Source: the human T2T-CHM13v2.0 reference genome, Homo sapiens
Assembly (NCBI RefSeq): GCF_009914755.1
Contig: NC_060937.1
Length of the DNA stretch: 64,000 nucleotides
Reading direction: 5' to 3' (one strand)
Under the pieces are notes generated by a model. The model saw only the letters and a list, made by a program, of their open reading frames with translations, had not been told where the DNA came from and searched no databases. The translations under genes were made by a program, and so were the position numbers. This document shows positions 26,898 through 43,446 of this stretch, piece by piece. The stretch's first letter is position 1. Each line of letters opens with the position of its first letter.

Positions 26898-27220
26898 AGG
26901 CTAGGCACGATGGCTCACACCTGTAATCCCAGAGCTTTGGGAGGCCAAGGCAGGAGGATTGCTTGAAGCCAGAAGTTAGAGACCAGCCTAGGCAACATAG
27001 CAAGACTCCACTTCTATAATTTTTTTTAACTGGCTGTGCTGGTGCATGCCTGTAATCCCAGCTACTTGGAAGGCTGAAATGGGAGGATTGCTTGAGCCCA
27101 GGAGTTCAAGGCAGCAGTGAGCTATCATTGTGCCACCGCACTTCATTCAGCCTGGGTAATGGAGCAAGACCCCATCTCTAAAAAAAATGAAAAATTAAAA
27201 ATAAATCAAATAAAAAAAAA
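26898..27220 (+). mobile_element. Alu (J-like)
   Basis: Dimer with A tail. Confidence 0.92.
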
Positions 27221-27692
27221 CAGGAGAGGGAGTTCTGTAAGGTTACGTTTGGCGAAGTCAATGTGTAAGCTCAAATGATTTAATATCAATTTGTTACTCA
27301 TTAGGTAAGAGCATCCAGGTCCCCTACGAACAAAGCCTTCTATGACTACGGGAAATTTAGTCAAGGTAACAAATGTGAGGCATAACTATGTGTCCTCTAT
27401 TCTAGATGCAGTTACTCTGCTAGGATTAGGGGATGCAACGTTTAAATTTAGTGAAATCTCAGGTATAACAAAGTTTGAGCTCCAGTGTTGATTAAGTTTG
27501 TGAAGGTATGCCAATTGGTAGATTTCAGCAGATGTTAAAATTGATTCGAATATATGCTGGAGAGTTACAAATACCAATCAGCACCCTTTTACCTTTGGAC
27601 TGTATAAGTTATTTTAGAAAATATTACATTTCCAATTAGGTCAGATGATAGACTTCCGTTTTAATTTACATTTTGTTTTTGTGCATATCCAA

Positions 27693-28033
27693 GTTCCTTC
27701 CCTTCCTTCCTTCCTTCCTTCCTTCCTTCCCTCCTTCCTTCCTTCCATCTTTCCTTCCTTCCTTCCCTCTTTCCTTCCTTCATTCCTTCCCTCTTTCCTT
27801 CCTTTTCTTCCTTCCCTCCTTACTTCCCTCTCTCCTTCCTTCCTTCCCTCCCTCCCTCCTTCCTTCCCTCTCTCCTTCCTTCTTTCCTTCCTTCCTTCCT
27901 GCCCTCCTTCCCTCTCTCCTTCCTTCATTCCTTCCATCCCTCTCTCCTTCCTTCCTTCCATCCCTACCTCCCTCCCTCCCTTCCTTTCTTCCCTCTCTCC
28001 TTCCTTCCCTCCTTCCTTCCTTCCCTCTCTCTC
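27693..28033. repeat. (CCTT/CCCT)n polypyrimidine microsatellite
   Basis: ~340 bp almost entirely C/T. Confidence 0.97.
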
Positions 28034-28889
28034 ATTTTTTTGCCACTGGATATTGGGAAGGTTGTTCTCTTTCCCACTCATATTTATAATTTCTTTCTTT
28101 GAAACAGCCCCAAATTAGTATCTTCAGAGTTAAGGTCCTCCTTGTGAGCAGATTGTGTGGTTTAAGAACCCTAGACTTAAGTCAGGTTTGGATTTCTCCC
28201 TTCTCTCTGCCTCAGGGGTACCACAGGTGTCTTTTCCTATAACCCTGGGAATTAGATCTTTGTTGGGGCAGAATCATAAGTCACAGAGCGATGCAGCACA
28301 ACCAGCCCACAATTCAGGGGTCAGTGGATTGAAATCACCTTCTGCTACGGCTCCATCTGGTTCTTCCAGAACTTCCCTCCCCCCCTTTTTTTTCCTTCTG
28401 GGGTGTTGAAACTTTAGTGGTATATACATTGCCTCATAATTAGTAAAAACTCCCCTTATCCCACATCATGGATTAAAGAGAACATTGCCAGGAGCCCTTC
28501 ATTCTTCTAGAAGGACTTTATTTGATAGGTAATTTTTCCATGGTTTAGAATAAAAGAGGTAATAACTAGAAATATCTCCCACATAATAGGCTCTACAGCA
28601 AATTCTACTTTAAAGGCTGTTGTTCATGTCTTTAACTGTGGCTGCCCTTAATGTTTTTGTCATCCACAGACAATTGTCTCATTTTGGTCCTCTTTAAATG
28701 ATGGTTTTATAATCAGCTATAAAATTTAACAGATGACCTTAAATGCAGGATTCTGATTAACAACGCTGGAGATTGTGACATTAGAATAGAGGGAAAACTT
28801 TCAACTAGAAGAGTGAATGATGTTTGGGCTACTTTGGACTGTATTTTTATAAATATGTTATTAATATGTGTTCCAAAATTATTGGAAAC

Positions 28890-29242
28890 TTCTATAGAAA
28901 TGTAATCTCCAGTGTCGGAGATGGGGCCTGCTGGAAGGCGGCGGGTCCACGGGAGCAGTTTCCAGTGGTTCCCACTGTCGGAGATGGGGCCTGCTGCGAG
29001 GTGGCTGGTCCATGGGAGCAGTTTCTAATGGACAAGCATAATTCCCCTAGCGCTGCTCTTGTGATAGAGTTCTCATGAGATCTTGTTGTTTAAAGTGTGT
29101 AGGACCTTCCCCCTCTCTCTCTTCCTCCTGCTCTTGCTTTCCCTTCCACCATGATTATGAAGTCTGCTGAGGCCTCTGCAGAAGCTGAGCAGATGTCAGC
29201 ATCATGCTTGCTGTACAGGCTGTGGAACTGTGAGCCAATTTT
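28890..29242 (+). mobile_element. MaLR LTR (MST-like) with internal 63-bp duplication
   Basis: gaaatgtaatctccagtgtcggagatggggcc...gagttctcatgagatct...gaactgtgagccaatt. Confidence 0.8.
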
Positions 29243-29254
29243 CAGTACTCTTGT

Positions 29255-29950
29255 TTTCTTTTTATTTTTTAAAATTTTATTTTAAGTTCCAGGATACATG
29301 TGCAGGACATGCAGGTTTGTTACGTAGGTAAACGTGCACTATGATGATTTGCTGTACCTATCAACCCACAGCCTAGGTGCCTAGGTATTAAGCCCCACAT
29401 GCGTTAGCTATTTATCCTGATGCTCTTCTTCCCCATCCCCAATGACAGGCCCCATTGTGTGTTGTTCCCCTCCCTGTGTCCAGGTGTTCTCATTATTCAG
29501 CTCCCACTTATGAGTGAGAACATGTGGTGTTTGGTCTTCTGTTCCTGTATTAGTTTTCTGAAGATGATGGTTTCCAGATTCATTCATGTCCCTGCAAAAG
29601 ACATGATCTCATCCTTTTTATGGCTGCATAGTACTCCATGGCGTGTATGTACCACATTTTCTTTATCCAGTCTATCACTGATGGGCATTTGGATTGATTC
29701 CTTGTTTTTGCTAATGGGAATAGTGCTGCTATAAACATACGCGTGCATGCATCTTTATAATAGAATGAGTTATAGTCCTTTGGATATATACCCAGTAATG
29801 GGATTTCTGGGTCAAATGGTATTTCTGGTTCTAGATCTTTGCAGAATTGCCAAACTGTCTTCCACAATGATTGAAGAAATTAACATTCCTACCAACAGTG
29901 CAAAAGAGTTTATTTCTCCACAGCCTTTCCAGCATCTGTTGTTTCTTGAC
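29255..29950 (-). mobile_element. LINE-1 (older L1PA) 3' end
   Basis: Reverse L1PA 3'UTR and ORF2 end ([20 protein letters not shown]). Confidence 0.9.
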
Positions 29951-33443
<3,493 letters not shown>

Positions 33444-34752
33444 TGTTTCTTGTATTTGATGATGAAAATCTGTTATTGACAGTCACCCGGCCTGTTTCTT
33501 GTATTTTATGTTGAAAATCTGTTATTGACAGTAAGAGCATGGGGGCTTAGGTTAACAACAAGGTGTGAGAAAAGCAGCAGTGAAATTTTGGTTCTCAAAA
33601 CATTTGATGTCTTATTCCTTTTTTTGAACATGGGTAATGCTAAAAAAGGCCAGCCATTTTGAAACTTGATTTTATTGTCATGTTCTCATTTTGAAATTCA
33701 TCTTATTGTTGGTACGAATTGGCAGCAGTATGTGGGAAATTTCAGTTTTGCATATTTTCAGATTATTTTCATTTTTACATCAGAGATTTTGAATAGATGC
33801 TATACAAAAGTATTAATTTATTTATTCAACAAAATTTAGTTCTGGTTATGTTGCAAGCACTTAGTGAACTTCATGCTGTACGTGCCTCAGATACTTTTGT
33901 GAATGTAATGGCAACATCAAAAACTTTGCCCTTATGCACCTTATAAACCTTTAATTTCAAGGCATGTTGAGAAGTGAGCATCTGCTATAACATTCTTTCA
34001 TTGTCATTTAATTAACCATTATTTGGGTATACCTTATATTAAAGCTGATTATTAAAAACTGGAAAATATTTAACACATCTTTATCTTGCCTTTTTCCTTA
34101 ACATATGTAGATCAAGGGAGTCACTGAGAATCAATTTTAGGGATAGTTATAAAAATCTTAACTTTGCAACTATAACTTTGTCCTCAATGTAATAACTGGA
34201 AAAATAATTTACGTTTCAAAGGCTTTAATCTTTGTATTTTTTTGAAAAGGAGCCTTCACTGAGATTCTTTAAAAATTCTTGCTCTGTCCTACAGTAGAGA
34301 CTGACAGACTCATGGATATGGTCCTCTAATGGATCTGTACCACCTCAGTTCTCTGATTGTCGCCCTCCTGTGGTGAAAATTAAAGCTTATTTTCATTTCA
34401 TGTCTTGCATGTAGTATGTTCTTGTTGGGAAAAAATGATGTTTCTTGCAAAATAAGTGCCTTCAGTATCACTGTGTGTCACTTAATAAATATGACTAATA
34501 TCTACTTTTACCAGTTGCTGCAATTTGATCCGTAAACAGCCATCTTTAAATTATACTTTTTCTTTGGTTAAAGAGAATACTTATAATAGACATTAATTAT
34601 TTTTACATAATTTTCTTATGTGGACAGACATTCTTAGAACTAAAACTTTCAGATGTTTATATTACAAGTGCAATTATTATTATTATTAATGTCAGTAGCC
34701 AAATGTAGTCAACTCTCATCCTTTTACTTCCTTTTTTGAATCAAAATGTTAC

Positions 34753-35008
34753 ACTTATACAAGCAAGAGCAACAGCTCTATATCTGGATCACTGCAGTGC
34801 CTAGAAGATACAACAGCACAATTTACAAATCCAAATTTCCAGGAAGTCTCTGCACATACCTCTAGTACAAAAGATGTTTCAGAGACTAGAGGGTCAGTGG
34901 GCAAAGAGAGGAAATATTCAACTCCCAGTTCAGGTCAAAAGGGAAGAAGGCCTGGTGTTGAAAGAAATCCAAGAATGACTGTGTCTGCAACTCGCTCCTT
35001 TCTGTAAA
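34753..35008 (+). pseudogene. MLLT10P: MLLT10 (AF10) single-exon duplicated pseudogene fragment
   Basis: Translates TYTSKSNSSISGSLQCLEDTTAQFTNPNFQEVSAHTSSTKDVSETRGSVGKERKYSTPSSGQKGRRPG...TVSATRSFL*, colinear with recalled AF10 TYTSTSNNSISGSLKRLEDTTARFTNANFQEVSAHTSSGKDVSETRGSEGK; flanked by AC (dead acceptor) and GT; not in the ORF track. Confidence 0.9.
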
Positions 35009-35751
35009 GTGTTCATGGTGTTTTACTTAAAATATTTGCTCTTATGATGGTCAATAATATTAACAGTTATGCTTTGTAAAAGAATTTCTTCTTTACTTAT
35101 AATTAGTGGATCATTCTAAGTTATTATATGTTTAGTTGCTATAGTAAGATGATGTGAAAGATTTGTTGCCTGTGAAATGTTTCTGGGATCTTTGCTTTAT
35201 TTCTATATTATGATCTGTGCTTCCAAAGTTGAGCTGCAAATTTACTGTTTATACAAATGTAGAATAAACCTTAAGTTCGGGGAGGAAAATAAAAGCTAGA
35301 GTTTTCCTTTCAGCTATAGAGCAGTAATTTATTTCTATAAATGTTCTTTATGTAGCTTTCCTAGTTCCACATTTAAAAAGATAAATATTGGGATCTACAT
35401 AGGTCTCAGTAAATAATAGTTCTTGATTAATAATGCATTTATTATAAAGCTTGAAGTTTAAAGTATAATTTTGTTCAGCCTACATATCTTTTATGGTCAG
35501 GCTGCTATAATTGTGTAATACCCAGTTAAATTTCAATTTCAGATAAACAAGGAATAATATTTTAGTATAATCATGTCCCAAATATTGCATGGGATAGACT
35601 TACACTGAGAAAAGTATTTGTTTATCTGAAATTTCAAATTAACTGGGCATGCTATATTTTCTGTGGCAACCTGTTTTATAGAGAACAGAGTAAGTCAGCT
35701 AAATTTTAGAATACTTAACTCTAACCTGGTGTTCTAGGTCTTTCCTTTTTG

Positions 35752-36268
35752 TAATTATTATTATTATTTGGAGTCAGGGTCGTGCTCCATCACCCAGGCT
35801 GGAGTGCAGTGACACAATCACAGTGCCCTGCAGCCTTGAGCTTCTGGGCTCAAGTGATTCTGGCACCTCTGCCTTTGCCTCCCAAGTAGCTAGTACCACA
35901 GGTACGTGGGCCCAGCTATTTTTTTTTTTCTTCTCATAGAGACAGGGTCTCAGGCTGGTCTGGAACTCCTGGGCTCAAGCAATCCTCCCACCTCTGCCTT
36001 CACTTCCCAAATAGCTGAGACCACAGGCACACGCCACCACCATACCCAGCTTATTTTTTATCAGGTTGGTGCTAGAGTAATTGCGGGTTTTGCCATTGAA
36101 AGTAATGGCAAAACCCGCAATTACTTTTTACACCACCCTAATAATTTTTTGTGGAGACAGGGTCTTGCCTTGTTGTGTAGGCTGGTTTCCAAATCCTGGG
36201 CTCAAGTGACCCTCCTGCCTTGGCCTCTAAAAGTTCTGGGATTACAGATGGGAGCCACTGCACCAAGC
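35752..36268 (-). mobile_element. Composite Alu J monomers
   Basis: Several reverse Alu arms with a MADE1 in an A/T-rich linker. Confidence 0.85.
36061..36141. mobile_element. MADE1 (Hsmar1-derived MITE)
   Basis: 81-bp palindrome tcaggttggtgc...gccatt-gaaagt-aatggc...caccaccctaa flanked by TA on both sides. Confidence 0.93.
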
Positions 36269-37604
36269 TACTTTGTATAATTTTTAACATAAATATTTTG
36301 AGAAATAGAAATGTTAAAACCATTGGAGGAAAATTATTGTAAAGTATATATAAAAAAAATCAAACAAAATACAACAAATACAACAAAAAATTATCAAAAT
36401 TTTCAGAGGAACAAAACAAAATCTAGTTTTACAATCTTCAGAATTCAATCCCATTATATCAAACATGTAAAGAAACATATTCAAAGAAAAAGGCAATGAA
36501 TAGAGACTGACCTCGAGACGACCCAGATGTTGGAATTAGTGTGGATTTTTAAAGTAGTTCTTGTAATTCTTACTAAAATCAAAACCCCAAAAACCCTTAA
36601 AATAAATGGATAGTAAATCACAGCAGAGAAGAAACTACAATAATAACAAAGACTCAAGTGGAAATTCCAGAAGTGAGAAAGTTTTCAAAATTAAAAAATA
36701 ATAATCAGTTGTGTTCAGGAGCAGCTTGGAGGTGGTAAAGAGTCAATGAACCTTAAAATACAATTGAAATGATTCAATCTGAAAAATGTGAGCAGTCATA
36801 GGTTGGGGTGAGGGAGCTTTTCCTTTGGTTAGTGCTTTTAGGTAATCTTGGTTTTGATAAGATTACTAGACTGATCCGTCAGGGGCATGCTAAGCCAGAG
36901 TTTATTTTGGTTTCAGTAGTGCTTTAAACAAACTCATATCCTTGTGTACAAGATGGAAGAAGAGTGGACCAGATGACAATATTTAGATGCAGTCATTCTT
37001 AACCTCCGTTGCTCTCCCAGTGGTCTAGCTGGGGTTTGTATAAAGTGGAATGGGAGGAATAGGGAAGGAGCCCCCACCTACCCTCTCCCCTTGTCCACTT
37101 GTCCTCCTTCACTAGTGGATAAAGTCCACGGGAACAGGCAAGTTATTTTAAATCTGTATCTTCTGTTGTCAAGATCTGTAATCAGTTCTGCTCGCTGGAC
37201 TGGGGAGAGGAACCAAGGGAACATGAGGGTGAATGGGTTGACATGGAGTCCAGGAACACACTGTGCCTACATGCAGAATGTTTGTGACAGGAAAGCCAGT
37301 CAGCAGGCAGATGGTCTCAGATACCAAGCTAGTGTTGGGAAGCAAGATCCAGTCTCTTGAAGGCGGTGTTCCTCATTCTGTGGTTTGTATCACTTGCTTC
37401 AGAATGACCTGGAGTACTTGTTAAAATGCAAATTTTGAGCCCAATCCTAGACCTCCTAAGCCTGCATCTCTACGGATGGGTCTCAGTAGTCGATATTGGA
37501 AACGTGCAGGTCCCTAGGAGATGCTTATGCATATAGATTTGAACTGTTGTGTTTAAGGGTTAGGGAGCTGGCAAAACCAAGGAAAAGACCAAGCCCTTGG
37601 GTGG

Positions 37605-37760
37605 GAAGGCTCCATAACCTTGGCACTGTTAGCATTCTGAGCGGAACGGGATTCTGCCACATGCTTCGCAGCAACCCTAGCCTCTACTCTCTAACACCAT
37701 ATTCCAGTTGTGAAAACCAAAAATGTCCCCTGGGAGGCAAAACAGTCACCAGTTAGGAAC
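37605..37760 (+). mobile_element. MER20-like hAT remnant (MER5-like remnant just upstream, ~37360-37550)
   Basis: aaccttggcactgttagcatt...ccagttgtgaaaaccaaaaatgtcccctggg. Confidence 0.65.
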
Positions 37761-38821
37761 CGGAACCACTGCTTTGTGGGATCAGAGTGGTTACTTTGTT
37801 CCCAATCCAAGGATCAGAACACACGATGGGAGAAAGTCCAGCTATTGGAACTGGAGTGCCAAGTTGAAGCTAGACCTACAACAAAAGCTCCAAAAGCTCC
37901 TTTATAGGGCTGATCCCATGCCTCAGCTACCTAGCTTGTACAGACGCCATGTAACTCTAGATTTGGTGACAGAAGGAATTTAAAGGCTAGAACTAGATAG
38001 GGTATTTCAGGTTAGGCCAGCACACAACGTGGACTTTTGACATCATCCAGATGCTTGAACCAACCTTAGTCGTGAGGCAGAATTTCCCGTGGCATCTGAT
38101 ACACAGCCTGGATTTGGAGCACTCACTGGGATTAGAAGCCACAGGAATATTGTGTTTAGGAACTCTGAAAGAGACAGGCTTCAACAAAGCAGACCTAAGC
38201 AACATGTAGCGTCTGAACTTCTTTATCAGTTTCCATTCCAGCCCACGAGGACAAAAGCATCACATACATATCTACTGTGGCAAAATTGTCCTCAGTAGAA
38301 AGTTTCCCCAGTACTACTCTCCCCTCTGTTCTGAGCCTACTTGCTCCTTTGTAATGTTTCCACTTTCTGTCCCACTCCCTAATAGATGATTTGTCCTCTC
38401 TGCCCAGCCCCTAGTTCTGATATTTGGATTTTCTGTGATCTGGGTAGTACTTAGGAGGTGGAATAAAAGCCTTGTTGATTGGATTGGGAGTTTCTAACTT
38501 CCTATTAAAGGCACTGATTAAGCATCTATTGTATAAATAAAGTAAGATTATGATCCAGTAAGAAAGATTCCACAAGTAGCGCAGGAAGAATTGGTTTCTA
38601 GTACACTTCATGCTTCAGGACAGGAAATCCAGAAAAAAATTCTGTGGTACGTTAAGTGTGTACTGTAAGTTTCATTTCCATGTGAAAAACTGTAGTTAGC
38701 TAAAAAGTACATCCATGAAGAATCCTGATTAAACTTGTTTAATCCTGGTTAAACTAGCTACTAGCTAAACAATAATTTCACAACAACTCAAGAACTCTGT
38801 AAAAGCATTTCCTCTGAATAG

Positions 38822-38827
38822 TTTATT
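38822..38827 (-). terminator. FRG1 pseudogene polyadenylation signal AATAAA
   Basis: tttatt on the plus strand ~45 nt past the stop codon. Confidence 0.7.
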
Positions 38828-38870
38828 CAGAAAAAAACACAAAAAGATAAGACAGAAACAAAAATTCCAG

Positions 38871-38907
38871 TCATCTTCAGTATCTGTAGGCTTTCAATTT
38901 GGTTCTC
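38871..38907 (-). pseudogene. FRG1: FRG1-like exon 9 coding part
   Basis: G AGA ACC AAA TTG AAA GCC TAC AGA TAC TGA AGA TGA versus RAKLKADRYCK*; preceded by aa instead of ag. Confidence 0.88.
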
Positions 38908-40075
38908 TTGTTTAAACAAAGAAAAATAGTAAAATTAATCTATGTAAAACATGCCATATATATTCAACTGCTACTAAATACAAAAAGCTTTAAAACTGTG
39001 TGTTCAATTTTGGTTATTGTATTACCACAACACTTATATTAAAAAATGTATACTTTTAAATTTCGTTTCTATAAAGTGGATTCTAATCTTATAAAAGTTA
39101 TTTCCTAATATTCAATAAATGTTGCCTAAGGGCTTTTCAATCTAAATAGCAATTTTAATTATTCCAGAATTTAAGGGTGCTCTAAGTTTCCATTTAACAG
39201 GGGAGAATGCTGTATTATTACAAGTGAAAAAAGTTACAGGACACAGAGCTTATTCCGTTTTAGAGTCCACATCCTGATTATATTTTATATCCTCTTCTTG
39301 ATTTCTTACAACTAGATACATATTCATTTGCTCAGCTGGAAAAAATTCTTAACATTATTTACTGACTTTAGGTATGAACTCTACCAGCTAGTTAACAGGA
39401 AATATGTAATTAAACATTGCCTTTATCAAGTAATGTAAATAAAGGGTAAAAGTAACTTTGCAACATAGGACTTGAATGAGCAGCTGGTGATTATCAAAAT
39501 CTGGCACTTAATTGATTTATACTTGTACACTCACAGCTAAACGTCTCTACCTGTTTTTCTATGTTGTAAATCTAGGACATCACTTATCTACATAGGAAGA
39601 GTAATAAATATTAATAATGTGCTATGATAAACATCCTGCACTCTTCCAAATCTTACAATAAAACTGCTTCAATTTCACTTATTTAGCTTTTATACTTAGT
39701 TTTTTAGTTGATCTATGCTTACTTTAAGGAACCTGAACTACTCTAACAGAATCCACATAATTTTTATATTAGTCAAACTGCTTCTTTCTAACTCGGTTCT
39801 AATAGTTATAAAAAGAAAATGATAAATTTATGAAGTAGATAGAGTCAAACCTGAATTTCTTAAAGTATATACTTAGAATCGGTTATAATTTTTAGATATT
39901 CTTTCTTGACAGTCTTTTCCCAAACTCATGATGTCCTCTCTAGGTAATATTGCCACACTCATAAATTAGAAATAAAGACAAAAATGTGAAAACTACAGTA
40001 ATTTAAGAGAATATAGGTTTTCTACATGCCATTTCTATTGGCTACTGAAAATAGTGAAAATAAGTAAATAGCTAC

Positions 40076-40186
40076 CTGTCCCTAAGCATCTCATGCAAAA
40101 ATCCATCTTTCTGAGCCTTTTTAAGAATTTTACTCTCTTCTTTACTTATTTTAAGTTTGTGGTCTTGGAAGCTCTGAAATTTCTTT
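40076..40186 (-). pseudogene. FRG1: FRG1-like exon 8 (111 nt)
   Basis: [36 protein letters not shown]; ag/gt intact. Confidence 0.93.
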
Positions 40187-40285
40187 CTGCAAAGAAAATG
40201 TCTCCATTGAAAAATACCTCAAACTCTGATTATACATATTTACTATTAAATTTATAAATACTGTTAATTTCTTTTTCACTTATTA

Positions 40286-40600
<315 letters not shown>

Positions 40601-41163
40601 CTAATTGTATTTTTTTTTAATAAGCTGGAGCTTTTGAACAAGATGACCTTTGTGACCTCTCAAGAGGATGGCCACTCATTGACTGGGTAGCACAAGGCCC
40701 CACTTCTATTAGGGCATGCTGGCTGGAGTCCCCTGTGTCCTGGCCATAGCACAGCCTTTGACTGGCATCACGCCCATTCTATGAATGAATAGAGAGATTG
40801 ACTAACCCGAGTGACTAGCTTTGGGGGCTGGTAGGATGATTAGGAAAACAGAACCCTCAAGAAAAGAATTTAGCTCAGTGCTCTTTCCTAGAGGCTACAT
40901 TGTGTTGCCTCTTCTTGTCCATCAGTTTTCATTTTTTCAGACAGGATCTTCCTCCGTCACCCAGGCTGGAATGCAGTGGTGATCAGAGCTCACTGCAGCC
41001 TTGAACTCCTGGGCTCAAACAATCCTCCTGTCTCAGCCTCCCGAGTAGCTGGGCCTACATGCATGCACCACCATCCCAAGCTAATTAGATAATTTATTTT
41101 GAAAGCACTTTGAGAAGCACTTCACTGTCAAATCTGTAGGTCTAAAAGGAGAAGCATACATAC

Positions 41164-41255
41164 ACATAATTGATTTCATGTTGTTTTACATTTCCTTTGT
41201 CCTCTTCTGGAATGTCATCTTTTTTCTTGGCTTCTCTTTCAGCACAGGATCTAAT
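41164..41255 (-). pseudogene. FRG1: FRG1-like exon 7 (92 nt)
   Basis: [30 protein letters not shown]; ag/gt intact. Confidence 0.93.
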
Positions 41256-43404
41256 CTAGATAATGGAAAAGAGAATCCAATGGGTTATATGTTTATCTTC
41301 CACCTTCCCCACTTTACATATCACATAAGAATATTCGAGATGATTTCTTATGCAGAAGAAAAAAATTAACTGAGCAACTATATTCAGAAAAAGACAGGAT
41401 CTTGCTATGCATTTTTACTTCATATATATATAATCTATATGAGTAAGGGCTATCACATGCTTCTTCCACAGTCCTTGTGTCAGAAACACTACAGATAAAA
41501 TTATTTCAGAAATATTTTACACATCAGATCCTGCTAGACAATAAAGCAATCATTCATTTAATTTTGTCCTCCAAGTGAATACACCAGGATCAAATTATCC
41601 CTATAGACAAGTGTTCATTTGATCAGACTGAAAGCTTAATAGCTATTTTACATTGCACAGACTATTATCAAAGTATTAAAACTTTTAACATTACACAACT
41701 TGTTTTTAATTAATTGGAACCCACCTCTTTTACTGGCTTCTTATATTCTCCTAAGTTTGGATAGATGTTTACTATCACATGTCATAAGTTAATTGATCTG
41801 CATTCAACAATTAGGATCGCCCACAGAACAGGCAATTGGCAATGGTAAGGACTCATGTCTCCTAAGGGATCTCTGTGGCCAGAGTCCAGTTCCAGGGCTG
41901 GTTAGAAAGTGATGACAAATAACGTCTTTGTGCCAATGACATCTTTGTGACAGTTTTGATTAGAGGGGTCCCAGACCTGAAAACATTCCCTGCTAGGGCC
42001 TGTAGCACAATGCTACCTTTAGTAAGAGGGATCTGTGTTCTGGTAGATAAGGCAAGATCATAAAGGTGAAGGGCTGACAGAGATTAGGAAAGCCTGCAAT
42101 TAAATGGTACAAAAAGAGTCTTAAATAACCACTGTTCAGAGCTTCCAAGTACTTGACTAACCTAAGAGACCCAGAAAACTTTGTATTTCATCTGAAAATT
42201 GCTTTAAATAGTGAAAAACGCAATCTTTGTGTATCTTTGTATCTTTGCATAAGTGCAAAGCACTGCACATATATTTGCCATTGTTGCCTTCAATAACACT
42301 TTTGTGATGATATCCAGATGAAAAATAATTTAAACATGATACAATAAAATATAAATAAATAAAATTAAATGTAAGTCACAAACCCATCTGCATTTCCTCA
42401 ATGACCTGTTTCCTGAGAAGCAATGTGCTATGAAATACTGAGAGTGGCCTCTGGAGTCAGGTGGGCCTGGGTACACATCCTGTCTTACCACACCTTGAAA
42501 TCACTGTGATTACCATGAACTGACTGACAAAAACCACGAGGATGTAAGGAGGGTCAGAGGCTGTCTTCTTGTCTGTAAGGCTCAGCTCACATCCACCTCA
42601 CAGGAGCATTATGGAAATTCAAGACTACAACGCATGTGCTGGATGCATGCAACAAAAAAATATAACATTTCACTTCTCTAACTGTAAGAAAAACCTACAT
42701 TTTAGATTGAAATTGTTTGGGCTTTAGATTTGAAATTATCTGAAATGAAGACCATTCTAAAAAGAAAATCAAACATATGACTGGAAATCTAACATGAAGC
42801 ACGTACAGAGAATTGATAGATGCTTTTAAATTACACTGGAAGTAGAGAAAAATGTAACATTAATTTTTATGCTCTAATTATAAGAACGAAGGGCATTTTA
42901 GAAAAGGCATTTGCCCCCTCTCTTAGAGCCTTCCACTCTGGCCCCCATCATGCCTTACAGAGCAAATCTGGGTCAGACTGGATGCAACCTGTGATTCCCA
43001 ACAGAGACAAACAAAGCAAGGTTCAGGATGCTCAGTACTGCGATGGAATGCCAAGACACAGAAAAACCATGTGTCAAGAAGGGGGGAGTTATTCTTTAGA
43101 CACATCCTGGTATATGTTTATCATTAAAGATCGGTGCATTTGCTCAGTACTGCGATGGAATGCCAAGACACAGAAAAGCCATGTGTCAAGAAGCGGGGAG
43201 TTATTCTTTAGACATATCCTGGTAAGATCAGTGGCTTTTGTGAGTCTAAAAAATTAAGCCTTAATTGTTTTCATCAAATTCCACTTAACTACCTGATTTA
43301 TCTATGTTATATTAACAGTATTATTTAGAATTTCACCTTGACATGAAGATGTTTGTGTAACTTTTACAATGATGTAAAACAAAGAGTAGGATTAGGGAGG
43401 GCAC

Positions 43405-43446
43405 AGGCCACTGGTGCAATGGATAACGCGTCTGACTACGGATGAG
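43405..43446 (+). pseudogene. tRNA-Arg(ACG) 5'-half fragment
   Basis: aggccactggtgcaatggataacgcgtctgactacggatgag versus tRNA-Arg-ACG GGGCCAGTGGCGCAATGGATAACGCGTCTGACTACGGATCAG; T-arm and 3' acceptor strand absent. Confidence 0.85.

Noticed and set aside
27641-28118. GRKE- and LPSF-repeat ORFs
   Set aside because: Translations of the (CCTT)n microsatellite.
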